64,000 nt of DNA, from contig NW_021833277.1 of the NCBI RefSeq assembly GCF_006345805.1, positions 16,198 through 80,197 on the forward strand. Direction: 5' to 3'. The position numbers and the translations under genes are program-made. Origin of the DNA: Octopus sinensis (lineage: Eukaryota). Of this stretch, positions 13,816 through 27,500 are shown in pieces. Positions within the stretch are counted from its first letter, which is position 1, and each line of letters starts with the position of its first letter. Below the pieces are notes generated by a model. The model was not told where the DNA came from, made no database searches, and saw only the letters and a program-made list of their open reading frames with translations.

Positions 13816-14789
13816 ACAAAATAGAAATCTATAAACTATAGAGCAAAGAATCACAAGTTATTTTATTATCGCAATAAAAACACTTCGGGAGAGGTATATG
13901 AGTTCATTGTTTGCAAGGTAAGCAAAAATGTAAGTTAAATAAACTATAAAAATACTTTGAACCAAACCCTAGTTTTTGATGGCACTTCCGCTTTAAATTT
14001 ATGATGATGAATACAAATTAAACAATTTTCATATTTCTTAGAAAGTACTAAGCTGACAGCAACATGTAGGAGAAAGGATTATTGAATTAAAAACATGGAA
14101 AATATTCAGGGGTACATGTACTTATGTAAAGAACAGTGAAAGTCTATTTCTTTTTTCTTTGATAAATGTTGAATTATAAATAAAGTCTTTTAAAGTCGTT
14201 TGAAAAATAATGAGTTATCAAATAAGCCATCTTATAGTAAGGTTCTTGCTGCTTGATGAATCAAAATTAGTTTCTTGCTTGGTCCACTCTTAAAGATATG
14301 CATAGTATTTGAGTTTGTTACTAAGACGTGAATTATTTTATGGAAAGCAGACTTTTTTGAGTTGGAAAAAACAATCCAGTCGCCTTTTACATAAAACAAT
14401 GAATTTTTGACTAGCTAAAGTAGTCATTTAAATTAATGTTTACTTTTGAAGCGGCCGAAGTTAAGAATAAAAATACTTCAGCCCAAAATGCTGCTTTGTC
14501 ACGTTGCGATCCATTTCAGTGTATATTTGTATAGAATTGGCCGAGATGAAAAAACTAAAGACTACTTAGACTGTTGGAAATGGATATACAAAATTCACAG
14601 CGATCTCAAAGCGTATTTCTTGGCTTGAAACTCAAGACGTGAACAAGAGACAACTTAATACTACAAAACATCCCCTCTCAGTTTAATCTGTCAAAACTCC
14701 TTGCCTACCCTGAGTTAGAAATATAAGACTAGCAAATGCAAAAACAAATAGAAAGATTTTTAATACAGTCAAATAGAACCGAATTTCAA

Positions 14790-17700
14790 TATCTACATCC
14801 TGTTCTTCCATGCAGAAATGAAACTAAAATATTAAATAAAAAATCAAACTCCAATCCGATAAAAAGAGCATCATTATTTACAGCAAAACAATTAATCCCC
14901 TTGTCACTAATTTTAAACGAGTCATTGCACTCCATCGACTCCGAATTCCACACTTTGACCACACTATTCCGACACCCACTAACAAACGCATTCTCCAAAA
15001 ACGGAATATCGTGGACACACTGAATACTCCTTCCAGAATGTTCCAGAACATTCCTCTAGAAATATAACCATAGACATCACATTGACTATTCTTAACGAAT
15101 CCCTCACATCCCATTTACACACACACCCGTCATGACTTACTGAGAATAGAAAACTCCCAATCACATATAGATGGACAATTCTATCATTGTGGGGAGTGCG
15201 AACAACACATCTGGGGTGAACATCCCCAAAAGTGTCCCCTTTCACATTAAACACCTTATCAAGTTATTCTCCCAAAATATACACAAAGAGTTCGATCTTT
15301 CAAAGCAGCAATGAGATAAAGAACATCCTCAATGACCACCTCAAGCAAAAATACAATCAAAGAGTCGCACATAAATGTATTGGGACGTGCTTCCATTCTA
15401 AAATAATGACCCAATGTGCAAACCTGGACAAATCCCAGACATTCACAACATTGGAATGAGAAGAATACAGACTTAGTCTATCCACAGATAACACACAACC
15501 AACGGCGTCGAACAAGCGTTGGGCATTTCATTAAAACTTTGTGCATTCCTGAATACACTTCCATCAGAACTGACACTCAAAATGTAAAAATAACCAAAAA
15601 ATAGAAAATTTCTTTTTAGCAGGCTCTCGAATGTCCCACACCATTGAGCAGTACGAAGCCGTCATGACCACCATCCTCAGTTCGGGGGAAAGGTTGATAT
15701 TCCTCGTGACGTGGGGGTATCCACTGTAAGTCTGCACTTCACAAAACGCCTCCAAATCCCACAAATTATTCGAACAGTCTGGAATCAGTTATTGAGAGTA
15801 ACCCTTGCTAGAACTCACAAGTCTATCCTGACTGGCACTCATTGACACAATTCCCCCACGTGGCCCTCTTATTTCGAACACATTCTCCAGGAATAAGGAC
15901 TTGGGTCCGCTCTTTCCTTCAGAAAAGTGGGAAAACCGAGAACTAAATTTGAGGTATGGACACTACCTCTCCATCGCGTCCTTTATTTTCTGTACATCTG
16001 AGATAGAGAAAGTGTGACTGGCCGACTTGATGAACATGTGATGAGGCACAGGTACAACACTTCCACTCGACGACGTAGCAATAGTACTAAACATGCAACA
16101 ACAGTTCAACCACCTGGACAAAGTGTCAATCATCGAGGGCATGGCAGTCAGTCTGTGTTTTCTTGGAATAACTTCCTAAAACTAAACCAAAATACCAACA
16201 TCTTGGACGACACCAACTTGAACTGTCCTGCAGTGTGAATCATAAGGTAATACAGTTCATTAGGATTGGTTGTGGAAGGAATGTCTCCGTCAAATTCATC
16301 CTCGGTCTCTGGGAGGAATATTAGTCACTCAACCTTCTTCATCGTCGAAATCTGGATCAGACACGTCATCTCCGAGGAAACTCAAGTCAATATTCAACTT
16401 GTCTTCGTCGTTGGGCACCAAGTCCATCAGATTGCCATACAATTCCGCCCTGAAACTACTCCGTGCGTCCAATTTGGAAATTCTCGCACGAAGTGCCTTA
16501 TTATCCACAATTGTCTTCTCCAACTGCACAATCTGTCTATTAGTCTACAACAATCAGCCTTCTCGATCATGTTCTCGAGGATATTGACCAGAATCGGCTT
16601 GATATCCTCAGAATTCTGTAAGTAATCACATAGACTGGAGGACAACTCGTCGGCAGACCCAAATTCATTCTATACTCATAATTCACTCACTCCACCTTTT
16701 TGGACATGAAATGTGTTATCTTTGACTGACAATCCTTCACGTGACTGCTTATAAACTCAATCGTAGACTCCACCGAGGATATCTTTGTATCCAGCAAATC
16801 AGCCTTATCCTTCTCGTCATAATTCATAACCAACTGTTTTATGAGCAGGGAGACGTGATCTCTTCTCCCTTAATGATACAAGCCGTTTTTTATATGAATT
16901 TTGTTTCTAGAAGGACTAGAATGTTCTCAAACTACCTTAACCCAACTGAACATGTCCTTTTCTATATTGTTGATTGTCACTTGATGTCCACTCATGTTGG
17001 AAATCCAATCCTCCACTGTTTTTATGTTCTTGTCGACCAATTCCTTCAATATCTTTCTCCTATCTAAGCATAAATAACACAGTCATACTCGATTTAGTCG
17101 CCTCCACACTGATTAGCCTATTCTTCCTTCTCAGACTCTCAATCTAATTAGTTAATCCACCACACTCCAACATCGGCCTGCTTCCTCTTTAGCAACGAGT
17201 CTTTCTGCTCCAACCCAATTTTTAGACTTCTGTTATCAGACAATGTTCGCTGAAACTTCCTTTCGAGTTGATTGACTTCTTTGGTATGACCCACATCCCT
17301 CTGTCGACTCCGAGTGGCTTCCTCTCTCATTTTCTTCATCATATTGACCTTAAATATATTTCACAATACACCTTTAATTTCTTCATCTCCGCCAATTCTT
17401 TCTTCAGCATTTGAAGGTCCCGCTCAGAAGTGGCAGTGATTTTGAGTTGCTGTGTCTTCTCTCGCAGTAATGACTTGTATTTCTGAACACAACTATTTAA
17501 TTCTGCGATCTTCTTCTCACATTCCTCCACTCTCTCGTTAGAACGGACATCCTTCTTGTCTATTGAGTATTACAGAGGTTAATTTACTGCTGTTTCGTCT
17601 TGATATCAAATCACGTTCTTGCTCCAAGGACTTTATTTTGCTGAGCATTGCTCCTATTTTAGTCTCGTAACAAGTCTCCATCTCTTTGCAGCGAATACGG

Positions 17701-19646
17701 GAGGTTTCAATCACTCGAATCAGCCTTTCTTTCGACTCAATCTCCTGTGCCAGACTGACCATTTGACTGGAATCAGAAATGCCGTCCACAGTCCCATCTC
17801 TCTCAATCAACGTGTTATCTTCCTCTCTGCTCTCCATATCCTCACTTTGTCTAATAAATTAACTAATTGGCTTATTATTTACGTATCAGAACACATTCTT
17901 GTAGATTCCTCTCTTTGTCTGCGCACTGTTTGGATGAGTTGATTAATCTATTAATTCATTTAGACCACTCACATCAGTGTCGGGTGTTTTGTCATCATGT
18001 TTGAGTGACTCCAAATCAAATATTTTATTCCTTCACATTACTCAAATGAGATTACTTGAGTGACGAGTTCTCTTCTATTAGTTCTTTTATGATAATATCC
18101 GAACAACCCATGTCCTCCCCACCACACACTACACTCAAATCACACAACTCACCTGCCAAATATTCTTCCAGCCTATTTTTATCTGAATTGATCTGAATCT
18201 CTTCAAAACGGGAAATATGACGACTAATTTCTAGCTTCTGTTCACTTATTTGCTGGTGAAGCTGCGAATTCTCCATTTCTAGGTCAATCAGTCTCAGTCT
18301 CATCCCATCCGAATTCTACCAGTCCACCACAAGTCCAAATACCCCACAACTGGCCAACTCCTTCTGCAATTTCAATATTTGTGTCCGAAGAGTCATAATT
18401 TCCCGACTATTGAGATCTTGGTTGACTGTTGCCTTATTTTCTATATTCTTTGCTCTATTTGCATATTCGACTGTCCCAGTTGTCTCAATACAGTCACGGA
18501 CAGAGGGGGAAACACACGCCAACATGACAGTCCGACTATTCCCCCCAAGCGAATCCTGCAATATTCGAGTCAGCTTTGAAGTCCGATAAGGCACAAATGT
18601 CCCTGTCTTCATTTTATCAGCCAAAGCTGAGATTACGTTGCCCAATGCAAACTAGAGTCCTCCAAACACACCAAACCAGTCCACAATTTATAGAAATCCC
18701 CTCCTTTGCCCTCTCTCCGGTCGCACCAGTCCTTTTTAGTCGTTCTGACCCAGCAAGATCCACAAAATTAAATTTAGATGTGAGAATCTCCTTGTGTGAC
18801 TCACCCTGATCCAATCAGACTAATTAATCAACTTTTTCCAACTCAATGACTTTCTCTTGGTTAATTAAAATAGAAAATATTGCATGAGAACGAGAAGATT
18901 GGTTGTTCATGTTAGTACTTCCTGTCGTTCTCTGATCACAACCCATTCTGAGTTGGTTTGTCACTTGTTCCAAGTCAGTCACCACCTTCATGGTTGCCCC
19001 CACCAAATATATTCCTCCCTGGGAATCCTCGTGGATTTTTATTTGACTTTTATTCTACGATATGACCATTTTGGACTACTTTTGTGCCAATGTCCAACAA
19101 ATCTCTGATTTCCTCGTTGTAAATCTGCCAATTTGAACTGACCTGACAAACCTCGACAAATTGGATGGACAGTTTGAATTCTGACTCAGAACGTGCTTTA
19201 ATCCCCGAAAATAAATGAGAAAGAGCACGAGGAATTATCCCCACTTGGTCTTCCTTCAAATCCACGTTGAATGACGAGCCCATCGAGAAAGTCTTCCCAG
19301 AACCGGTCTAAAGTAGAAAGGAGTTATAAAACCTGTCCATATGCGAGGATTGTGGCATTGTAGCCTTCGAAGGACCTACAATTAGATAGGGAAATACCCT
19401 TCCACTAAATTGTGGGCGATTGAGGAATAGATTTGAGATTGGTTGGATTTGACCCCAAAAACGTGGTCGAAAGTGAAATATTTATTGCCTCCCAACAATA
19501 TTTGGGAGGTCTCAGGTAGGACTTTAGTGTAGTAGGGATATTCCTCACATAACTCACTCCCGGTGAGAGGACGGACACTGGTGGTGATTGAAATTTATTT
19601 ACCGAATGGCCACCTTAACTTTCGAATTCTCGTTCAATTTATTCAT
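14790..19646 (-). CDS. KIF21: Kinesin-4 family KIF21-like (motor, coiled coil, C-terminal WD40), many tiny introns
   Basis: VKVAIR start, AYGQ|TGSGKT P-loop, [49 protein letters not shown], long coiled coil, then WD repeats ([26 protein letters not shown]). Confidence 0.88.
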
Positions 19647-19988
19647 TTATTCTACTAATAATAAATATATATAAATGTATAAGATATGGAAAACACTACC
19701 ACAACTTAAAACGACCGCTTGTTCATAATTTATTTATTATTTTATATAATTTATGAATATATATTTATTAATAAGTAAATAATATTTATTTAACCGATAA
19801 ATTGGTTTTAATTAAACAGACATTTTTGAATATTAAAGTAGTTCTTCTAACTAATTCATCATTGCTTGGTTACTATAATTAATCAATATTTAACATTTAT
19901 TTTTATAAAATGTAATTAAGATGTAGACGATTAGAATATTATAAATAATTTTAAATTAATACAAGTAATATATCACATTGTTACACAA
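19647..19988. promoter_or_regulatory. Probable bidirectional promoter between head-to-head KIF21-like and PSMC2
   Basis: About 340 bp of very AT-rich spacer between divergent ATGs at 19646 (-) and 19989 (+). Inferred from geometry only. Confidence 0.5.
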
Positions 19989-21501
<1,513 letters not shown>

Positions 21502-22027
21502 TTACTTTTTTTGTCATTTCATTTTTTGTTGTTTATTTTTTCTAATCTGAAGATTATAGTGATTTGACTTATAATTTGCTTTGAACAAGATAATTTGAAA
21601 ATAAAAACACAAATTGAAAATCAATCGAGTTTTATTTATAATTGTCAGAAACCTGGAATGAAGTTAATGTTTCTATTTCTAGACTTTGTGGTTAACTTAG
21701 TTGAGAATCTGGACTCATTATTATTTTTATCATTCTACATAACTTCTTCGGACCCTCCTCAGAGAAGTCGGGATCACCTGATTATTTAGTTCTATGATTT
21801 TGGACGGTGATCTTGGCTATAATAATACATACTCTTCCGGGGTCCCCAGTTTTTGAAAATTATTTTTAGAGTCGAAATTTTTATCACTTGACTCCAAAAC
21901 GAAATATACAACTGAATCTATTAGTGAGATCCTAATAGTCCGATAGATTTTTTAATAGGTCATTAAAATCAGAATCATAAAAAAAGATTATGGAGGATTT
22001 TGGCAGCGGTCTTACATATAAAAGAAA

Positions 22028-22901
22028 CTAAACCGTCAAGTTGATCAAGTAGAAGAGTTCCTCTTGAGTTGAGGCATTGATTTTTAGCCAAATCGGGCTC
22101 TTTGTTCATATCACCACAGATAAAGACATTACTGAGGGAATGGAGGTTTTGTATTGAAGGGGTCCACCGTAGACAGGATGACCAGGAGGGATGTACATGT
22201 TGATCAGCCTTCTGGTTGGCGCCTGTAGAGACCGTTATAGCCGTCAGCTCAATTACAGGGTCGTTATCGATTAGTGTGTAAGCTTGTGATGTACAGTTAG
22301 AGAAAGGGATTGATTTCTGATAAGGGTTCAAAGGCCCCCGCCATTACGGAGTTCGGTCTGTCGACGGATGTATGAGTACCCGGGAAATCGGGCAGGCGGT
22401 TTTTGGGCGAGAGCTTCGTTTCCTGCACCAAAGCAATGTCCACGTCGTACTTCTCCATGAAGGAACAGAGTTCAGTGGTCTTGTGGGCGATCCCATTAAT
22501 GTTTACTTGCAGGATACGAAGTAGGTTCTTCCTGGCGGGTCCAGGGTTTTGTTCGATGTCTCCGGAGAGGAGAAGGGCGTTGGGAGTGTAAAAGAGAGGC
22601 CTTGGGAGCAACGGCTTCGCGCCTGCTCTGCTGCCACCGACGTCACGGAAGGTATCCGATTCCGACAGGGGGGGGGTTGTGGGTCTTTTGGTAGTTAATT
22701 CCATGAGAAACTATCATTGCCACCACGAGAAGGTGACCCACATCGACAAACATCCGCTGCCCTGTTCTCCTCCTGTCCGCAGGAAATTGCTGTCCACTCC
22801 CCCGAGGTCCTTTGGGAGCAACCCGCGAAGGCGCTGTTGGTTCTGCTAGCCGCCGGTCTCATACCCTAATGTGAGACCGGGGTTATGCAACAACAACAAC
22901 A
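22028..22901. mobile_element. Ingi/Vingi-like LINE insertion: inverted 5' part (-; 2A + APE) joined to 3' end (+) with (CAA)n tail, 10-bp TSD
   Basis: TSD ATAAAAGAAA at 22018-22027 and 22902-22911. Minus strand encodes LLLSGDIEQNPGP then APE (ILQVNINGI..DIALVQETKL..ICGDMN). Plus strand 22752-22901 encodes LFSSCP..PEVLWEQPAKA..*, then a 9-bp hairpin and CAACAACAACAACAA. Confidence 0.85.
22678..22750 (-). ncRNA. HDV-like self-cleaving ribozyme (ingi/L1Tc Pr77-type) at the element 5' end
   Basis: Minus strand TTTGTC GA TGTGGGTC ACC TTCTCGT GGT GGCAAT GA TAGTT..AACTA CCAAAA GACCCACA: P1 TTGTC/GGCAA, P2 8 bp perfect, P3 ACC/GGT, P4 TAGTT/AACTA, C in J4/2. It also matches the CGATGnnGGnCACCTnnnCGTGGTG pattern of ingi 5' ends. 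Confidence 0.75.
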
Positions 22902-24049
22902 ATAAAAGAAAGCTCCGACACACAAAAAACGCTTTTTCACAAAAGTGATGATAATTGTGTGTTTTAAAATGTTCTGTATTAAACGAAATATTGCTCTTCT
23001 TAGGCAATAGTTGTTTTATGTTTCAAATCAACATAAAATTAAAGAAGCATTCTCTCCGCTGATTCCAGGCCTTTCCCAAATTCCTTTCTTGCATAAAATT
23101 GACGAATTTGGTATAAATATAATTATTTCGCATAATAAACAAAACAAAAACATTTAACAAAATCATAAATTATGAAAAACACATTTTTACACAAATCATT
23201 ACAAAACCTTAATTTTAAATAACGAATTTTTATTCTCTTCAAAATTCCGAAAAAACTATATTTATTTATCTTCTCCCTTGTAAGAAACTTGATGACACAC
23301 GGCGAATCTTCAAAAAGACGGCCTGCACACAGAAACTAATAACGACACCAAAGGTCTCAAAGTCCACTAAATAAGCCAAGTTTCTCTCAGTACCGAAACA
23401 GTAAATTGGTGTCCTCAACTACCATAACACCCTTATTCTTCAAATTAAATAAATGCACTGCCAAAAAGAATTTAAAGTTCGTCTCCGCCAACGTGACTAT
23501 TTGTTGTAGCCTGAAAATTAATAAATATCCCACCATTTCCACTTCCATCCATTTTGACCCTCTCCAAAACTCTTTTGGTGGAGTAACAAACTAAACAGGG
23601 AAACTTAAAAGTGAAAATATGACTATACATTTCTAAAAAGCATTGTGGGACAGGCTCAGATGACGCCTTTACTGCATATATGAACACCATCATTATTCAC
23701 ATGAAGATAGCCTATAATTACAAGAAAACAACCTTTCTAAATATTCTACAATCTTAAAATTGATGAAGCAGGATGGGTTGGACATATTTGGGATGATGAC
23801 TTAAAGAAGTTTGAGCAGCTTTTCCAATACCTGCAATAAAATAATTTGTTTTCATTAGAAAATAAAAATTGGTTTTATTTTTTATTATATGTCACAGTCC
23901 GAATAAAATACGCTAGAAATTTAAAAAATTAGTCTGACTATAGGCTCACAAAATTGGAATGGAATTTCTATTTTGAAAATGGAAAAACATATTTTTGAAA
24001 GAATGGGCTTAATTTGCGTTTTTTCTGTGAAGATGAAATCGAATTAAAG

Positions 24050-24440
24050 TGCGTTGAGGTGCAACAATAAAAGTTAGGCAGAACATTACACTTTGGGAGA
24101 GACCGGTTTTTTTCGAAATTAAGAAATCTCAATTATGGATTGAATAGTGAAGAAATTAAAAATTTCTAAGGTGATTTCGCTTTGTGCTTTCTGTCAAGTA
24201 ATAACTCTTTTCAATAAATATTTTTAGTCGAAAAAATTATAGTATATGAAGCCTCCAATTACGCCAATCATTGCAAGGAGATGTAGAGACAGATACATTG
24301 CGGATTTAATTGACCTCAGAAGATATTCGACGATGAATGATGGCTGGGTGTGATATGTTACTAAAATAGATTTTGGTAATTGTAAATTCTTTTTCCAAAT
24401 ATGTAATGCTTGAAATGTCGGTGACCAAATCTTCTGCTGA
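24050..24440 (+). mobile_element. Decayed retroviral-type integrase fragment (Gypsy/Ginger-like)
   Basis: HFGRDR, PPITPIIARRCRDRYIADLIDLR and LVIVNSFSKY with internal stops. Confidence 0.6.
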
Positions 24441-24995
24441 AGAGATTTAAATTATGTCTGGAGTATTTCAAACTACTTAAATCTTATTTCTTTGTTGAAA
24501 TCCGGTTTGATTTACTATTTAAATATTTTAAAAATTAATCAATCATGTAATGTTATTATATAATAATTGACTATATAATGAATGTAACTTGGTTTATAAT
24601 AGACTAATACAAAAATATCTGATAATATTTCTCTCACAAGTAACATATTGATCAAAAAATAGTCAGCAAAAATAATAATACATTTACTTTTTTATTAGAA
24701 AAAGTGAGTAATAATCATTATTTTAATATAATCAAATTTCGAATTTTTATGAACAACTTTGTATTTACAGAAAATTATACCTTCCACTTTATCAACATCA
24801 TTACTATTTTTTACTGCTTATTATGTCAGTTTTTCCAAAACAGCATCTTTTAAACAACAGAAACATTTCCAAACAAATCAACAATATGTCACAAGTAATA
24901 TTACATTTGCTTCAAACACATCTAAAATAAACATTATTACATATATGATTCTTATTTACCATCGTTTATCTATCTCAGAATTTATCCTCTTGCTC

Positions 24996-25449
24996 AATGG
25001 CACGTGCTAAAAATTCATATGTCAAAAATAAAAAAATTGTCCTAATTTTTTGGTATATTGTCTACAATGATACAAAAAAAGAACACAAAAATAAGGTTTC
25101 ATCTTTCCCTGTATATATTCCCTGTCCAAAAATCACCAAGTCCTCTCAAAAAATAAAAAAACAAATAAGAGCATAATAATCAAACAAATTAGACATTTTT
25201 ATCACGATTTGTTTGCCAAATAAAGATCCTGCTCATATTGACTTCCAGAATAGTCTTCTGGTCCTGAATATAGTTGAGTCGATCATCTAACTTGCAAATC
25301 TGTCTGAGTGCTTCCTTATAATTTTTGTCTAAAAATGCTTCTGCCTCATCCAACTCATATTCCATCAATATATTCGCCTGCATCCTTTATAACACATTTA
25401 TACTCCCAGCAGTAAATACACACTCGATACTGATTCTATTCGAGCCTTT
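24996..25449 (-). pseudogene. Partial duplicate of prefoldin subunit 3 (last exon, last intron, 3' flank)
   Basis: Near-identical to 39045-39504, including the intron GTATAAATGTGTTATAAAGGATGCAG. The 5' exons are absent. Confidence 0.85.
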
Positions 25450-27399
25450 GAATATTTTTAACGACAGAAACATTTCCAAATTTTATAATGATTAAACAAC
25501 AAACAAATCAACAATATGTCACAAATAATTACTTATCTATCATCGTTTATCTATATTACAGAATTTATCTTCTTGCTCTCCAAAAATTCCGAAATCGGAA
25601 TCGCCCTCTTATAGAGTCATTGACTCTTTCCACTTCTCTATGAAGTCATACGCCATTCCGTCGGCGATACTCTGATCCACAACAGCAACACACTCACCAA
25701 AATAACAAAACAGTACACACCAATTAAAGGCAAGAACAAGAACGGAAACACAGCTTTTGTCGTCAATGACAATATCTTTTAGTGACGACTCCTCTTTGAA
25801 AGGCTGAACCACCTAACTGGATAATCTAACGAAGATGAGTACAGCCATTTTGAAATCCGCCTGCCCCTTTTTTCCAGATGTCAATTTCGTCGTGAGCAAC
25901 GACAATGCAGTCAAAGTTGACCTCTCTCCCGACAGAATCTTCAATTGTTTCCAGAAATCTGGGAAGCGCCTCTCAACTAGTCTGCAGGCCCGCTCTTACC
26001 GTGGACTTTCGATTTCACGGATTTCTCTCCTGATCTCCATCTGAAGCCGGCTAATCCAGCTCTTCATAGACGTATTTCCCATAGTCTGGACAGCCGGGCT
26101 TGAACTTAATTTTATTTAACACCCGGCACGGAATCTTGGGATGTGACTGACCCTGCACTGAGTTCTGTTTGAAAAAACAACATCGTAACAGGCACGAGAC
26201 AACCCAATCATTTTACATGCTTTTGTCAAAATTCGTCTTCTTTTGATCCTAATCTTACTCGAACAGTCCAATCCAGCCACTCTCATCACAGCAGGAATCT
26301 ACTCAATCAGACAACACAATACCATTCTATAAATTGCACAAACCACCACTCCAAAATTGAAGTAAATCAATGTGGAATGAAGCAAACCGAGACTTTCGAG
26401 CACAACAGGCGACTGAGGATGTCCCAACATTCCAAACGTTTTTTTTAAACAGACTTTATATCATTGAACCCTATAAAGCAGTTTAGCTGTTTTTGGTAAT
26501 AAAAAAGTATTAGATTTTGGTTTTTCTATTTTTTCTTCAATCTTACGACACAAAAATAGTGAGTTGAGTCACATAAAAAATGTAATCCGAAACTAAACTT
26601 CATGGACGGGAAGCCGACGCGATCGAGAAATAATTAGAGCGTATTATCGCGAGGGATATCCGCTTGAAAAACCATCTTGATTCGCGGGCGTCGCCTGTGA
26701 GAGCAGAAATGCGGAAATAAGCTTTAAGTCAATAAAAAGAAAATGCTTAGTCAAAAAGAATAAACTCTTCAGCTATTCTTTTTCCATCGAGCAGAAAAAT
26801 TCTCCTGATATTAAAATTGTGTTTAATTAGACTCCGGTACCTGAAGATATACCAAAAAGTTATTCATGTCGCTGGATTCTTTCCACAGAATCCAGTTAAG
26901 AAGAATCGGTAACATATTTTTTCCAGGAAGAGTATCAAATGAAAGTCTTTACAAGATGTGCAGTTCGCGGCCATAAGCATTGATGTGGGGAAAAGCGGGG
27001 AAGGGCCCTTTAAACACATTCTAAAAATGGATGAAAAAACACCTTGTAATATCTACTTCATAATAAAAGAGTTTACTGAATTCAGGGGAAGGTTTAAATA
27101 TTAATCTAATAATTTGATTGTGTCCGAATCTGATATTTTCCAAGTAAAACAGTTGTCACAAGATCGCCTAGGTCAGGGGTCAGCAAATACTTTTGATGTT
27201 TTTTAGAAATTTAGAAAAATTGAAGAGTCACTTTTTACCACTCTTACAATTCGAAATTCTGTTTTACAGTCAAATCTCCCTAATTTACCACCTCTATGAT
27301 TTGCCACTCTCTTTTTTACCAAAAAATTGAAATTCTGTTTTTCTTATGTTTTTTCTATTTTTACCACTTTTTTCATGTATAAATTCAAATGAATTCAAT

Positions 27400-27500
27400 T
27401 TATTGTTGCTAGATATAAACATAAAGTTAAACAGGAAAATATTATTGATTTTTGACAATTGTTTAAGTCATAAAATTAGTTATCACAGTAAATTTATTGG
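27400..27500 (+). mobile_element. Possible pogo/Tigger DDE_1 transposase remnant
   Basis: LNRKILLIFDNCLSH resembles the pogo RKILLLxDNCxAH motif. Short match only. Confidence 0.4.

Noticed and set aside
23260-23850. Possible small minus-strand gene with tiny introns
   Set aside because: Every splice model I tried met early stops, and there is no recognisable product.
25556-26400. Minus-strand gene-like region with intron-like segments
   Set aside because: Composition resembles host genes, but the frames I tried contain stops and I could not assign a family. It may be a pseudogene.
26590-26720. CpG-rich stretch with a possible imperfect hairpin (ncRNA candidate)
   Set aside because: Pairing is weak, with no tRNA, snRNA or snoRNA motifs. 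More likely TE debris.
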